Notes under the pieces: generated by a model | Databases searched by the model: none | Told to the model about the DNA's origin: nothing | What the model saw: the letters and a program-made list of their open reading frames with translations, nothing else | Made by a program: the position numbers and the translations under genes | From: an uncultured delta proteobacterium | Lineage (GTDB): Bacteria; Myxococcota_A; Polyangia; Fen-1088 | Assembly (NCBI GenBank): GCA_963767925.1 | Contig: CAVYGB010000008.1 | Coordinates: 2,464,001 to 2,528,000 of the forward strand | Length of the DNA: 64,000 nucleotides | Reading direction: 5' to 3' | In this document: one piece after another, positions 39,397 to 49,498 of the stretch | How the letters are laid out: every line of letters starts with the position of its first letter | Numbering within the stretch: position 1 is the stretch's first letter

Positions 39397-41772
39397 CTAG
39401 GGTCTGCCGCCGGCCGGGCGGAGGTCGTAATGCTGGCCGCGCTGGGCCTGGAAGGTGATCACGTTGGGCTCGGGCCGGCGCAGGCCCATCGCCTTGCCGC
39501 CGTTGACGAGCTCGACCGGCTGGCGGGTTCGCACCTTGCACGGCCCTGTCTGCGAGGCCAGCAGGCGCGCGCTCGCCAGCGCCCCTTTCGACCAGGTGAT
39601 GTCCACCTCGAAGCCTCCGCGCGCGCGCAAGCCCGTGATCCGTCCGGCGGACCAGGCCCGGGGCAAGGCCGGCAGGAGGTCGACCTCTCCGGCGTGGCTC
39701 TGCAGCAACATCTCGGCGATGGCCGCGGTGGCCCCGCCGTTGCCGTCCATCTGGAAGATCCGGGGCGGGTGCAGGTCGAGCAGGGCCGAGCTCGTGTTCT
39801 CGGCGAGCAGCGCCTTCAGGCTGTCGTGGGCCCGGTCCCCCTCGCCCAGCCGGGCCCACATGTTGGCGATCCAGGCCCGGCTCCAGCCGGTGCCACCACC
39901 CCCGTGCGAGAGGCGATGCTCGAGGCTCTTGCGGGCGGCGGCCGCCAGCTCGGGCGTGCCCCGCAGGGTGATCTGGCGACCGGGGTGGAGCCCGAACAGA
40001 TGCGAGACGTGGCGGTGCCCGGGATCGACCTCCTGGTAGTCCTCGATCCACTCCTGTAGCCGGCCCGAGGGGCTGACCTGCAGGGGCGCCAGCCGCCGCA
40101 GGGCCGCCTGGAGCTGCATGCGCAGCGACGAATCGACGCCCAGCCGCTCGGCCGCCGCGATGGTGCTGGAGAACAGGTCGTGCACGATCTCGAGGTCCAT
40201 GGTGGCGCCGTAGGTGAACTTCGACCGCTTGCCCTCCCTGGTCAGGAAGGTGTTCTCGGGCGAATGCGAGGGGTTCGTCACCAGCCGCCCGCGCCCGTCG
40301 GGCACCAGGAAGTCGAGCAGGAACAGCGCCGCCTCCTTCATCACCGGATAGGCCCGCCGGGCGAGGAACTCCCGGTCGCCGCCGAAGGCGTAGTGCTCCC
40401 ACAGGTGCTGGGCCAGCCAGGCCGCCCCCATGGGCCACACGCCTTGCACGCCGTCGGCGGGGGTGGTGCGGCCCCAGACGTCCGAGAGGTGATGGGCCAC
40501 CCAGCCCCGGGCGCCGTAGTGCACCCGGGCGGTCTTCTGCCCGGAGGGGACGAGCTGGTCGATGTAGTCGAACAGGGGCGTGTGCAGCTCGGCCAGGTTG
40601 GTCACCTCGGCCGGCCAGTAGCTCATCTGCACGTTGATGTTGAGGTGGTAGTCGGAGCTCCAGGGCGGCGAGAGCTGCTCGTTCCACAGGCCCTGGAGGT
40701 TGGCGGGGAGCTGGCCCGGCCGCGAGCTGCCCATGAGCAGATAGCGGCCCATCTGGAAGTAGAGAGGCAGCAGCGCCAGATCGTCCTTGCCCGCCCGCAC
40801 CGCCGCCAGGCGGCGCTCCATGTCGCGCGGCACGTCTCCTCCGGCTGGCCCGGCTGGCCCGAGCTCGAGCTTGACCCGCCCGAACCGGGCCCGGTGGTGC
40901 ACGAGGTGGGCCTCCCGGAGCTGGGCATAGGTCCGGGCCGCCGCCCGGTCGAGCTGGGCCCGGCAGGCGTTGGTGGGGTCCTTCTCCCGGAAGCTGGTGG
41001 TCCCGGAGACGAGGATGGTGACAGCGTTGGCCCCCGTGACCCGCACCGCCTCGCCCTCCGCGGCGAGGGTGCCGCCCTCGGGCAGGACCCGGGCGCAGGC
41101 CTCGAAGCGCAGGCCCCGGTTCTCGCCGCTGGCCTCGTCGAGGCTGCGGATCTGTCCCCGCAGGGTGAGGCGGCCCTCGACCGCAGGCTGGCTGGTCGCG
41201 TCCTGCCAGCGGCTCAGGCGCAGGCGGGCGTCGATCTGGCCGGGGCGATCGGCGCCGAGGCGGACTACCAGGACGTCGTCGGGCACCGAGGCGAACACCT
41301 CCCGGGTGAAGGAGGCGTCCGAACGGTAGCGGACGCGGGCGATCCCCTGCTCGAGATCGAGCTCGCGCTGGTAGCCGCTCAGGCGGGAGGGGGCCGGCGT
41401 CTCGAGCCACAGATCGGCCAGCACCTGGTAGGGGCGGATGCGGGGCGGGCGGCCCATCAGGTGCTTGGCCGCGAGGGCGGTCGCCTCCTCGTTGCGGCCC
41501 GCGAACAGGAGCTTCCTCACCTCCGGGAGGTGCTTGAAGGCCTCGGGGTTCGTCGTGTCCCGCGGATGGCCGTCCCAGAGAGAGATCTCGTTGAGCGGCA
41601 TCCGCTCGTCGACCACCCGGCCGAAGACCATGGCGCCCAGCCGGCCGTTGCCGACCGGCAAGGCGTCGAGGAACTGGGTGGCGGGCTGCTCGAACGCGAT
41701 CTGCGCCCGGGCGGTCCCGGCCGACAGCCCGGCGAGCGCGAGCAGCCCGGTGATGTGTCGGGGGGCGACCAC
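39397..41772 (-). CDS. Glycoside hydrolase family 95 (1,2-alpha-L-fucosidase-like)
   Basis: [59 protein letters not shown]. Confidence 0.93.
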   Translation of the reverse strand: MVAPRHITGLLALAGLSAGTARAQIAFEQPATQFLDALPVGNGRLGAMVFGRVVDERMPLNEISLWDGHPRDTTNPEAFKHLPEVRKLLFAGRNEEATALAAKHLMGRPPRIRPYQVLADLWLETPAPSRLSGYQRELDLEQGIARVRYRSDASFTREVFASVPDDVLVVRLGADRPGQIDARLRLSRWQDATSQPAVEGRLTLRGQIRSLDEASGENRGLRFEACARVLPEGGTLAAEGEAVRVTGANAVTILVSGTTSFREKDPTNACRAQLDRAAARTYAQLREAHLVHHRARFGRVKLELGPAGPAGGDVPRDMERRLAAVRAGKDDLALLPLYFQMGRYLLMGSSRPGQLPANLQGLWNEQLSPPWSSDYHLNINVQMSYWPAEVTNLAELHTPLFDYIDQLVPSGQKTARVHYGARGWVAHHLSDVWGRTTPADGVQGVWPMGAAWLAQHLWEHYAFGGDREFLARRAYPVMKEAALFLLDFLVPDGRGRLVTNPSHSPENTFLTREGKRSKFTYGATMDLEIVHDLFSSTIAAAERLGVDSSLRMQLQAALRRLAPLQVSPSGRLQEWIEDYQEVDPGHRHVSHLFGLHPGRQITLRGTPELAAAARKSLEHRLSHGGGGTGWSRAWIANMWARLGEGDRAHDSLKALLAENTSSALLDLHPPRIFQMDGNGGATAAIAEMLLQSHAGEVDLLPALPRAWSAGRITGLRARGGFEVDITWSKGALASARLLASQTGPCKVRTRQPVELVNGGKAMGLRRPEPNVITFQAQRGQHYDLRPAGGRP

Positions 41773-41902
41773 GAACCGTTTTTAACCCGGCCGCCCCGCG
41801 CGCAGCGGGCAAACTTTCCGGCGGCCCGCGCCCCGAGCGCAGGCCCGGCCCGGCAGCCGGCGCCCCTCGCAGGGGTCGCCGGCCCCTCCCTGAGCCCTGC
41901 GA

Positions 41903-43216
41903 TCAGGCCAGGAACTGGGGCAGCGGGCCTTCGGGCCCTTCCAGGTTGCCGACCTTCGTGATGCTCTCGAGGCCCATGGCATGACAGAGCGACACGAGAA
42001 AGTTGCTGTGGGTTAGAGGCGATTCCGGCCCCACGTCCACCAGCCGCCCGGTGCGCACCAGGCCGCCCATGCTCCCCGCGGTGATGGTGGGAACGGGGCC
42101 CGCCTTGTGGTCCCAGCCGGTGTGCAGCTCGTTGCAGTAGACAACCAGGGTGTTGTCCAGCAACGTGCCGTCGCCCTCGGGGACCTTCTTGAGCTCGCCC
42201 AGCAGGTAGGCGAGCTGCTGGTTGTACCAGCGGGTGATGTCGCCGAGGATCGAGCGCTCGTTCGCGTCGTGCGAGAGGGTGTGGTGCCCCTCGTTGCTGC
42301 CGAGCCAGGTGTGGCGGACCATGCTGAAGGAGCGCGACCACTGCAGGCTCGCCACCCGCGTGCGATCGCAGGCGAAGGCCGACACGAGCAGGTCCGACTG
42401 CAGCTTGCACAGCGCCGGGAAGTTCTCGTTGGCGTTGATGTCGATCAGGCCGTCGGGGTTGTGGATCATGCAGCTCGAGGGCGAGCGCGACTCGAGTCGG
42501 CGCTCGATCGAGCGGACGGCCTCGAGGTGGGAGTCGACCTTGAGCCGATCGGAGCTACCGACCTTCCCGGTCAAGGCGGACAGCTCGCGCCGGACCACGT
42601 CGATGACGCTGCGGCGCTCGCTGCGGATCCGCTCGAAGCCGGCCTCGTCGCCCACCGGGAGGCCCCCGAACAGGCGATCGAAGAGCTTGTAGGGGTTGCC
42701 CTCGGAGGGGATGGGCTGGTTCGAGCCGGCGTAGCTCATGTGCTGCATGGTCCCGCCCTTGGCCCCCGGACCGAAGGGCTGCACACCCACCTCCAGCGAG
42801 GCGAAGTCGGCGCTCTTGGGCAGGCCGCGCGCGATCATCTGATCGACCGAAGGTCCGCTGGGCCAGCCGCCGCCGCCGAACTGGCTGCCCGGGTTGAGCC
42901 GACTGCCCGTCCAGAGCGCGCCCATGGCCCGCTCGTGCGCGCCGCCGAGCTTGTGGACCTTGCGGCGCAGGTTGCGGAAGACGACCAGGTCCTTCTTGAA
43001 GGGGGCCAGGGGCTCGAGGTCGCTGCCCGCCGGGATCTCGACGCCCTTGTTCGAGCCGGTCGGCCAGAAGCGCTCGGGGACCATCCCGTTCGAGCTGAAC
43101 ACCAGGAGGAGGCGGCGGGGCCGGGTGGCCGGAGACGCCCAGCCGTTCAGAGCCGGCACCAGCGGGGTGACGCCTGCCGCGATGCCGAGCGACCTCAGAA
43201 GCTGCCTACGGTTCAT
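41903..43216 (-). CDS. DUF1552 family protein
   Basis: MNRRQLLR Tat-like start; NGMVP, SVDQMIA, P..LFDRLF, AFACDRTRVA, HHTLSH, GTLLDNT. Confidence 0.88.
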   Translation of the reverse strand: MNRRQLLRSLGIAAGVTPLVPALNGWASPATRPRRLLLVFSSNGMVPERFWPTGSNKGVEIPAGSDLEPLAPFKKDLVVFRNLRRKVHKLGGAHERAMGALWTGSRLNPGSQFGGGGWPSGPSVDQMIARGLPKSADFASLEVGVQPFGPGAKGGTMQHMSYAGSNQPIPSEGNPYKLFDRLFGGLPVGDEAGFERIRSERRSVIDVVRRELSALTGKVGSSDRLKVDSHLEAVRSIERRLESRSPSSCMIHNPDGLIDINANENFPALCKLQSDLLVSAFACDRTRVASLQWSRSFSMVRHTWLGSNEGHHTLSHDANERSILGDITRWYNQQLAYLLGELKKVPEGDGTLLDNTLVVYCNELHTGWDHKAGPVPTITAGSMGGLVRTGRLVDVGPESPLTHSNFLVSLCHAMGLESITKVGNLEGPEGPLPQFLA

Positions 43217-44930
43217 TTCCCTGTCCCTCTCCTTGTGGCTCTGGCTGGAGCCGAGGTTGTTGGTAGCGGAACGAATCGGTCTCGGGGATGGCGGCGACGA
43301 GCGCCGGCACCCGGTAGCTGGCGGCCTGAAAGGCCTGGCGCACGCGCGCCAGCGAGCCGGCGTCGGCCTGGCCATCGTCGCGGCCCAGGGCATAACGGAA
43401 CCACTGCAGCGCCAGGCAGTCCCGCACCTCCTGGGAGCTGGACAGCCGCCGGGCCAGGTCGACCGCGTCCTTGACCGGACCGTCGCTCTGCTTGGTTCCA
43501 GTGAGGTCGCTCGCCGGATCGACCGCGGTGGGCCCGTCCATGGTGCGGTGGGCCCCGATGGCGTCGTAGTTCTCGAAGGGGATGCCCAGCGGGTCGATGA
43601 GCCGGTGGCACTTCGCGCAGCTCACCTCCGCGCGGTGGTCCTCGAAGCGCTCGCGCGCCGAGACCTTCGGATCGAAGCGGGGCAAGGTGTTGTTGACGTC
43701 GGGGGGCGGTGGCGGCAGCACCGTGCAGAGCAGCTTTTCCCGGATCAACTTTCCCCGCAACACCAGCGAGGGCTGATCCCAGTGGGCGTGTTTGGTCATC
43801 ACGCTCGCCTGGGTGAGCAGGCCGGCCCGGGGGAGGCTGGTCAACTCGACCCGCGACCAACCGTCGTTTTTGCCCTGGTTGCCCGGTTTGGCGGGCTGGT
43901 CGGCCTTGCCCGACCCGCTGGCCGCCGGGAGGGTGGCCACCTTCGGCAGCCCGTACAGCTCGCGCAGCCGACTGTCGACGAAGGTGAAGCGCGCCGTGAG
44001 GAGGGTGTCCAGCCGCCCGTCACCCTGGCGCAGGACGTGGTCGGCGAAGCGCACCGTCTCCTCGCGCATCGAGGCCCGCATGTCGGGCGTGAACAGCGGG
44101 TAGATCCGGTTGCGCTTCTCGACCCCGTCGAGCTCGGTGAGGTCGAGCCACTGCAGGTGAAAGCTCGCGATGGTCTCTCCGAAGCGGCGGTCGGCCATCA
44201 TCCGCGCCGTCTGGGCGGCGACCTGCTCGCGCGTCCGGAGCTGGTTGGCCTCGGCGGCCGCCAGCAGCACCTCGTCGGGGGTGCTGTTCCAGAGGTAATA
44301 CGACAGCCGGGAGGCGAGGGCGAACGGCGGAATGGAGACCGGCTTGTCCCCCTGACCGGGCGGCTGCGGCTCCACCATATAGAGGAAGTGGGGGCTCTGC
44401 AGGAGGGCCTCGAGGACGAGCCGCAGCCCGCCCTGGAACCCCGAGGTCTGCCGGCCGGCGGTGAACAGGGCCTGCAGGCTCTCGTTCTCATCGGGGGTCA
44501 GCGGGCGGCGGTAGGCCCGGCGGCCGAAGCGCTCGATGAAGCGGCTCGCGCAGGCCGGCTCGTCCTTGACCGGGGTCTGGCCGGCGCAGGGGAGCAGGCT
44601 GCCCAGGCGCTGGGCGACGGTCCGCGCCACCACCTCGGCGGCCCGCCCGTACTTCTCGAGGTGCAGCTCGGAGACCGGGGCGATTGTGTTGCCGAAGAAG
44701 CCGGCGGTCCCCTCGTCCACCGGGAGATCGGTGCCGAGGTCCCGCACGCCGAACAGCTCGCGCACCGTGTTGCGGTACTGCTCCTCGGTCAACCGCCGGA
44801 GCGGGGCGGGTCCCGCCACCGTCGGGGCCGTCTCCAGGCCGGGTTTCCCGGTCGAGGGGGACCGAGCCGCGCAGCCCGTGACGGTCACCGCGAGGCAAAG
44901 GTAAAGTGCGTGTAAAATAGCTGAACGCAT
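43206..44930 (-). CDS. DUF1587/1595/1592/1588/1585 multidomain lipoprotein with CxxCH
   Basis: LRRLT..QYRNTV, RRAYRRP, LLQSPHFLY, LASRLSYYLW...PD, RAGLLTQ, CAKCH, FENYDAIG. Confidence 0.9.
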   Translation of the reverse strand: MRSAILHALYLCLAVTVTGCAARSPSTGKPGLETAPTVAGPAPLRRLTEEQYRNTVRELFGVRDLGTDLPVDEGTAGFFGNTIAPVSELHLEKYGRAAEVVARTVAQRLGSLLPCAGQTPVKDEPACASRFIERFGRRAYRRPLTPDENESLQALFTAGRQTSGFQGGLRLVLEALLQSPHFLYMVEPQPPGQGDKPVSIPPFALASRLSYYLWNSTPDEVLLAAAEANQLRTREQVAAQTARMMADRRFGETIASFHLQWLDLTELDGVEKRNRIYPLFTPDMRASMREETVRFADHVLRQGDGRLDTLLTARFTFVDSRLRELYGLPKVATLPAASGSGKADQPAKPGNQGKNDGWSRVELTSLPRAGLLTQASVMTKHAHWDQPSLVLRGKLIREKLLCTVLPPPPPDVNNTLPRFDPKVSARERFEDHRAEVSCAKCHRLIDPLGIPFENYDAIGAHRTMDGPTAVDPASDLTGTKQSDGPVKDAVDLARRLSSSQEVRDCLALQWFRYALGRDDGQADAGSLARVRQAFQAASYRVPALVAAIPETDSFRYQQPRLQPEPQGEGQGNEP

Positions 44931-45045
44931 GGACTTCTAGCCGGTGTCTCAGTAGTGACTCAGGTGGGCCGCCGGCGCTCGAAAGCGCAGGCGCGCGCGC
45001 ACCGCCCGCCATGGATACCGCCCGGCGCCCTGGAACGCTGAGCCG

Positions 45046-45771
45046 TCAGAGACGGGTCGTTCGCTTCGGGGACGAGCCGCCGCTCTCGGAGGAGCCGCGG
45101 CTGCGAGCCAGGTACTGCGACAGCACCGGGTCCGAGTTCATCAACGAAGTGACCCGCTTGGTGAGGCGCTCGAGCCGCCGCCGGACCGTCGAGATGGAGA
45201 GGCCGATGGCGGCGCTGATCTCCGCCTGCTCCAGCCCCTCGATGTACCGGAGAACATAGATGGTCCGGTCGCGTACACTCAGCCGGTCGATGGTGTCATA
45301 AAGGTGCACGATGGCCTCGCGCGCCTCGGGATCCATCTCCGTGGTCGTCGGGCGGAGGATGCCCTCACCCAGCAGGGGGGCGAACCACCGCCGGACCCGC
45401 CGGCGCTTGATCTCCTCCTGGGCCCGCCGGACCGCGATCGCCATCACGAACGACCGCAGCGACTCGAGCTTCTTCAGCTCCCGGATTTTTCCGAAAAACC
45501 GGAGGAAGACCTCCTGGGTGAGATCCTGCAGGTCTACACCGGGGCCCAGCATACGACGCAGGGTCCTGTGCACCAGGGGGTTAAACCGACGCCAAGCTGT
45601 GAGAGCCGCTTCCTTCTGACCCTCTACCAACGCCTGAGCTAGGAGATAGTCCTCCGTAGCTGGCGCGTCACCGTCCCTGACCCCTGCAACACCCGCCTCG
45701 ACCCCGGAGTCTCCCCCGTTCGCAAGCTGCTCTATCAGCCCGGTCGGTACCGAAATAATCGACACCGGCAA
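45046..45771 (-). CDS. ECF sigma-70 factor
   Basis: QDLTQEVFLR, LRSFVMAIA, EISAAIGLSISTVRRRL. Confidence 0.85.
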   Translation of the reverse strand: MPVSIISVPTGLIEQLANGGDSGVEAGVAGVRDGDAPATEDYLLAQALVEGQKEAALTAWRRFNPLVHRTLRRMLGPGVDLQDLTQEVFLRFFGKIRELKKLESLRSFVMAIAVRRAQEEIKRRRVRRWFAPLLGEGILRPTTTEMDPEAREAIVHLYDTIDRLSVRDRTIYVLRYIEGLEQAEISAAIGLSISTVRRRLERLTKRVTSLMNSDPVLSQYLARSRGSSESGGSSPKRTTRL

Positions 45772-45929
45772 CGCACCAGCAAGGTACTACCGGCGTCGGC
45801 CATTAGTCCACTGGTTCGAGCGGGCGCCGTGGTTCCAGGCGTCACTCCTGTAGTGGCCCCGACGGGGGTGCGAAATATCAGGTAAAGCACGAAGAGACGC
45901 TAAGTACTACTTAGTGACCAGCCGCATAA

Positions 45930-47018
45930 TCAGGCAACTTCCTCGATTGACGCACCGACTAGTCCGGTCCTGGCGTCAAGAGTAACGTCTTCTGGCCTGG
46001 ATCGTCCGCTTGAAGCACCGCGTCCGGAATAGCTGGTCGTCCGGATCGAGGTCTCGGACCGCTGCCCTACTGGCTGGCCCTGAAATGTTAACGGCGGCGG
46101 CGGCGGCGGCCCCAGCCATGAAGGCGCGCGGCACCGGTCGACCTCGGGCACGGTGCCTGCGGCCTCGGCGAGCGCGCGGGCGAAGTCCGTGACGCGGGCG
46201 AAGCGGGCGCTGGCGCGCTTGGCCAGGGCCCGGTCCAGGACCAGCTCGACGGCGGACGAGCGCCAGGCGAGCGCCGCCGGCAGCCGGGTCGCCTCCGAGA
46301 AGATGATCCGTTGCAGGACCTCGGCGGTGGTCCGTCCAGGAAAGGGCGTCGCGCCGGTGAGCAGGACGTAACCCAGAACGGCCAGGGCGAACTGGTCGGT
46401 GCGAGGGTCGGCCTGGTCCCCCCGGCCCTCGGCCTGCTCGGGGGCCATATAAGAAGGTGTTCCCAGGACCGCCCCGACCGCGGCCGGCTCGACCCCGGCA
46501 ATCCTGGAGACCCCGAAGTCGAGCACCTTCACGAAGTCGGTCAACCCGTCGTAGTCGACGAGCATGACGTTGGCCGGTTTCAGGTCCCGATGCACGATGC
46601 CGAGGGCATGGGCCGCCTCCAGGGCGGAAGCCACCTGGGCGAGGACCCTCACGACACGATCCAGTGAGAGGGGTCCCCGCGCTACGAGGTGCTCCGCCAG
46701 ATCCCGGCCGTTCAGCAACTCCATGACGAGGAAGGGGAGCCCCCCGGTGCCGCCGTGGAAGTCCGAGATCTGGACGATGTGCGGATGACGCAAGACGGAG
46801 GCAATGGCCGCCTCCCGGCAGAAGCGGGCGACGGCCGCCGGGTCCTTGGCCAGATGCGGCGCAAGGACCTTGATCGCCAGCGGCCCGGGCAGCCGAACGT
46901 GGGTCGCCCTGTAGACCTCTCCCATGCCGCCCGCGGCCAGCCGCTCCTGGATGACGTAGGTGTCCCGCAGCAGAGTGCCGGCCGTGAAGGTGGGGCCTAT
47001 GGGAGGGTCGCTCGCCAT
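45930..47018 (-). CDS. Eukaryotic-like Ser/Thr protein kinase, no TM segment
   Basis: GGMGEVY, AIK, HRDLKPAN, DFG, GTPSYMAPE. Confidence 0.93.
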   Translation of the reverse strand: MASDPPIGPTFTAGTLLRDTYVIQERLAAGGMGEVYRATHVRLPGPLAIKVLAPHLAKDPAAVARFCREAAIASVLRHPHIVQISDFHGGTGGLPFLVMELLNGRDLAEHLVARGPLSLDRVVRVLAQVASALEAAHALGIVHRDLKPANVMLVDYDGLTDFVKVLDFGVSRIAGVEPAAVGAVLGTPSYMAPEQAEGRGDQADPRTDQFALAVLGYVLLTGATPFPGRTTAEVLQRIIFSEATRLPAALAWRSSAVELVLDRALAKRASARFARVTDFARALAEAAGTVPEVDRCRAPSWLGPPPPPPLTFQGQPVGQRSETSIRTTSYSGRGASSGRSRPEDVTLDARTGLVGASIEEVA

Positions 47019-47195
47019 CCGATGAGATCAACGACCCGGCGGAACGTTCTTCGTAAGAGAAACCTGCAAGGGCCGTGACTGGAGCCACGGCAATGACCAG
47101 GAATCCGTTGTTACCGGGGGCACACGTTCAGGGCCCCGCAAGGCCCGAAGGGTAACTCGTGACCCGGTAGTGGCCGGATTTGCTCAAGGGTTCGT

Positions 47196-47210
47196 TGGCA
47201 CACCCGTTGC
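47196..47210 (+). promoter_or_regulatory. Sigma-54 (-24/-12) promoter
   Basis: TGGCAC-ACCCG-TTGC matches TGGCAC-N5-TTGC, about 70 bp upstream of the NarL-type regulator. Confidence 0.7.
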
Positions 47211-47279
47211 CTATTACCAGGGCCACACCTGTGGATCCGGGCCGGCACTACGGCCCGAGCGGACGGAGGGCACCTTCTC

Positions 47280-47921
47280 ATGCGCGTGGTTCTCATCGAC
47301 GATCAGCAAAGTTTTCGCGAAAGTCTCCAGATCGCCCTGTGGCACGAGGCACAAATCTCCGTGATTGCTCACGGGGACACGGCTCGGCAGCTCTACTCGA
47401 CGATCGAGACGCAGAAGCCGGAGGTCGTGATCCTGGATGTCATCCTCAAGGACACGGACGGCATCTCTGCCGTTCGCGAGCTGCACCGCCGGGGGTGCGC
47501 CCCGCGGACGTTGATCCTGACCAGTCAGATCAACAGTCTCTTCGTGCGGGACGCCTTCCGGGCCGGCGCAGATGGCTATGCCCTCAAGGCCCAGCCGCTG
47601 TCGGAGGTCGTGGGGGCCATCCAGTCGGCCGCCAACGGCGAGCGATACCTCAGCCCACAGCTCCCACCCGTGGTGGACGCGGTGGCGGAGCGGGACGTCG
47701 ATCTGGGCGCCCCGCTGGGGATCGAGAAGCTCTCACCCCGCGAACGCGAGGTGTTCTGCCGGATCATCCAGGGGGACTCGACCCGGGCCATCGCCCGCGC
47801 CCTCTGCATCAGCCTCAAGACGGTCGAGACCCACCGCTTGCACATCAACCGCAAGCTGGGGGTGCATTCGCCGGGTGAGCTGATCCGCTTCGCGGCGCTC
47901 TCCGGTCTCATGACCGCCTAG
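47280..47921 (+). CDS. NarL/LuxR-family response regulator
   Basis: VLIDD, ILDV, GADGYALK, LSPREREV, ISLKTVETHR. Confidence 0.93.
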   Translation: MRVVLIDDQQSFRESLQIALWHEAQISVIAHGDTARQLYSTIETQKPEVVILDVILKDTDGISAVRELHRRGCAPRTLILTSQINSLFVRDAFRAGADGYALKAQPLSEVVGAIQSAANGERYLSPQLPPVVDAVAERDVDLGAPLGIEKLSPREREVFCRIIQGDSTRAIARALCISLKTVETHRLHINRKLGVHSPGELIRFAALSGLMTA

Positions 47922-48009
47922 TTTCGTCGGGTAGGACCAGGGTTTCCGGGCGACTTCCGGTTGACAACCCCATCCGTACGAACGCAGGTTCGACGGTGAG
48001 GAGTCAACC

Positions 48010-49470
48010 ATGCACCAGCCGCACCGCCCGCTAGCCTTGGTCCTGTCGGCCGCCCTGCTGGGGGGCTGCGCCGTCAACCCTCTGACCGGCGATCGGAATT
48101 TTTCGATCATCCCCGAGTCGCAGGAGATCGCGATGGGGAAAGAGGCGGCGGCGGAGGTCGGTCAGACCATCGGGCTCTATGACGATGCGAAGGCGCAGCA
48201 GTACGTTGCGGCGCTGGGAAAACGTCTGGCCGCCTCCTCGGAGCGTCCCAAGCTTCCCTGGTCCTTCCAGGTCGTGGACGATCCGGTCGTCAACGCTTTC
48301 GCGTTGCCGGGTGGGTTCATCTTCGTTACCCGGGGACTGCTGACCCACATGGGGTCGGAGGCGCAGCTCGCGGCGGTCATGGGCCATGAGATCGGGCACG
48401 TGACCGGCCGCCACTCCGTCCGGATGATGAGCAAGGCCACCCTGGCCCAGCTCGGCCTGGCCGCGGGAATGGTCTTCTCCGAGACCATGCGCAGCGTGGG
48501 CCAGCTCGGGATGGCCGGCCTGCAGCTCCTCTTCCTGAAATACGGCCGCGATGCCGAGCGGGAGGCGGACGAGCTGGGTTACCGCTACAGCCTGGCCAAC
48601 AAGTTCGACGTTCGTTCGATGCCCGAGGTCTTCAACACCCTCAAGCGGGTCGGCGAGGCCAGCGGTCAGAGCCGCCTGCCCAGCTGGATGGCGACCCACC
48701 CCTCGCCCGACGAGCGCATCGCGCGGATCAACGCCTTCATCGCCGAGCGCAACCCGCCCCCCGGCACCGTCGACCGGGAGAAGTTCCTCGCGGTCACCGA
48801 CGGTATGGTGTTCGGTCCCAACCCGCGCCAGGGGTACTTCGAGGGCAACACCTTCAAGCACCCGGAGCTGCGGTTCCAGATCGCCGTCCCCTCGGGCTGG
48901 AAGGCCCAGAACCTGGCCCAGGCGGTCGTCGCCGAGAGCCCCGAGGGCAACGCCGGCTATCAGCTCAGCGCGGGCAAGGAGGTCGCCCCCGCCCAGGCGC
49001 TCGAGCAGTTCACCGCCCAGGAGGGGATCACCGCCGTCGAGCGGGTCGACGCCAAGGTGGCGGGGGCCCCGACGGCGGCCGCCCGCTTCGCCGCCCAGAC
49101 CCAGGGGGGGAAGGTCCAGGGGCTCGTCTCCTTCTTCACCCACCAGGGACGCACCTTCCAGATCCTCGGCATGGGCGCCCCGGAGGCCTACGCCGCGTCG
49201 GAGGCGACCCTGCGCCAGGTGGTCGAGAGCTTCGCCCCCCTCACCGACCCGGCCGCCCTGGCGGTGCGACCGGCCCGCCTCAAGGTGGTGACCGTCGACC
49301 GGGCCAGCACGCTGGCCGAATTCGCCGCCCGCTACCCCTCGGGCCTGTCCCCCGAGCGGATCTCCATCATCAACCAGCTCGAGCCCGGCTCCCGCCTCGA
49401 GCCCGGCCAGAAGATCAAGGTCATCGAGGGCACCGTCCGCGAAGCCAGCAACGCCGTCGCCGCCCGCTAG
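48010..49470 (+). CDS. M48 family zinc metallopeptidase lipoprotein with LysM-like C-terminus
   Basis: Lipobox LGGC; NAFALPGG, HEIGH, EREAD, THP. Confidence 0.92.
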   Translation: MHQPHRPLALVLSAALLGGCAVNPLTGDRNFSIIPESQEIAMGKEAAAEVGQTIGLYDDAKAQQYVAALGKRLAASSERPKLPWSFQVVDDPVVNAFALPGGFIFVTRGLLTHMGSEAQLAAVMGHEIGHVTGRHSVRMMSKATLAQLGLAAGMVFSETMRSVGQLGMAGLQLLFLKYGRDAEREADELGYRYSLANKFDVRSMPEVFNTLKRVGEASGQSRLPSWMATHPSPDERIARINAFIAERNPPPGTVDREKFLAVTDGMVFGPNPRQGYFEGNTFKHPELRFQIAVPSGWKAQNLAQAVVAESPEGNAGYQLSAGKEVAPAQALEQFTAQEGITAVERVDAKVAGAPTAAARFAAQTQGGKVQGLVSFFTHQGRTFQILGMGAPEAYAASEATLRQVVESFAPLTDPAALAVRPARLKVVTVDRASTLAEFAARYPSGLSPERISIINQLEPGSRLEPGQKIKVIEGTVREASNAVAAR

Positions 49471-49473
49471 CGC

Positions 49474-49498
49474 TCCGGGACCCTCTCAGGGTCCCGGA
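49474..49498. terminator. Perfect 11-bp hairpin between convergent genes
   Basis: TCCGGGACCCT-CTC-AGGGTCCCGGA. Confidence 0.6.

Noticed and set aside
47961..47990. Sigma-70 promoter (TTGACA) for the M48 peptidase
   Set aside because: Perfect -35 box but no convincing -10 at 16-18 bp spacing; left uncalled.
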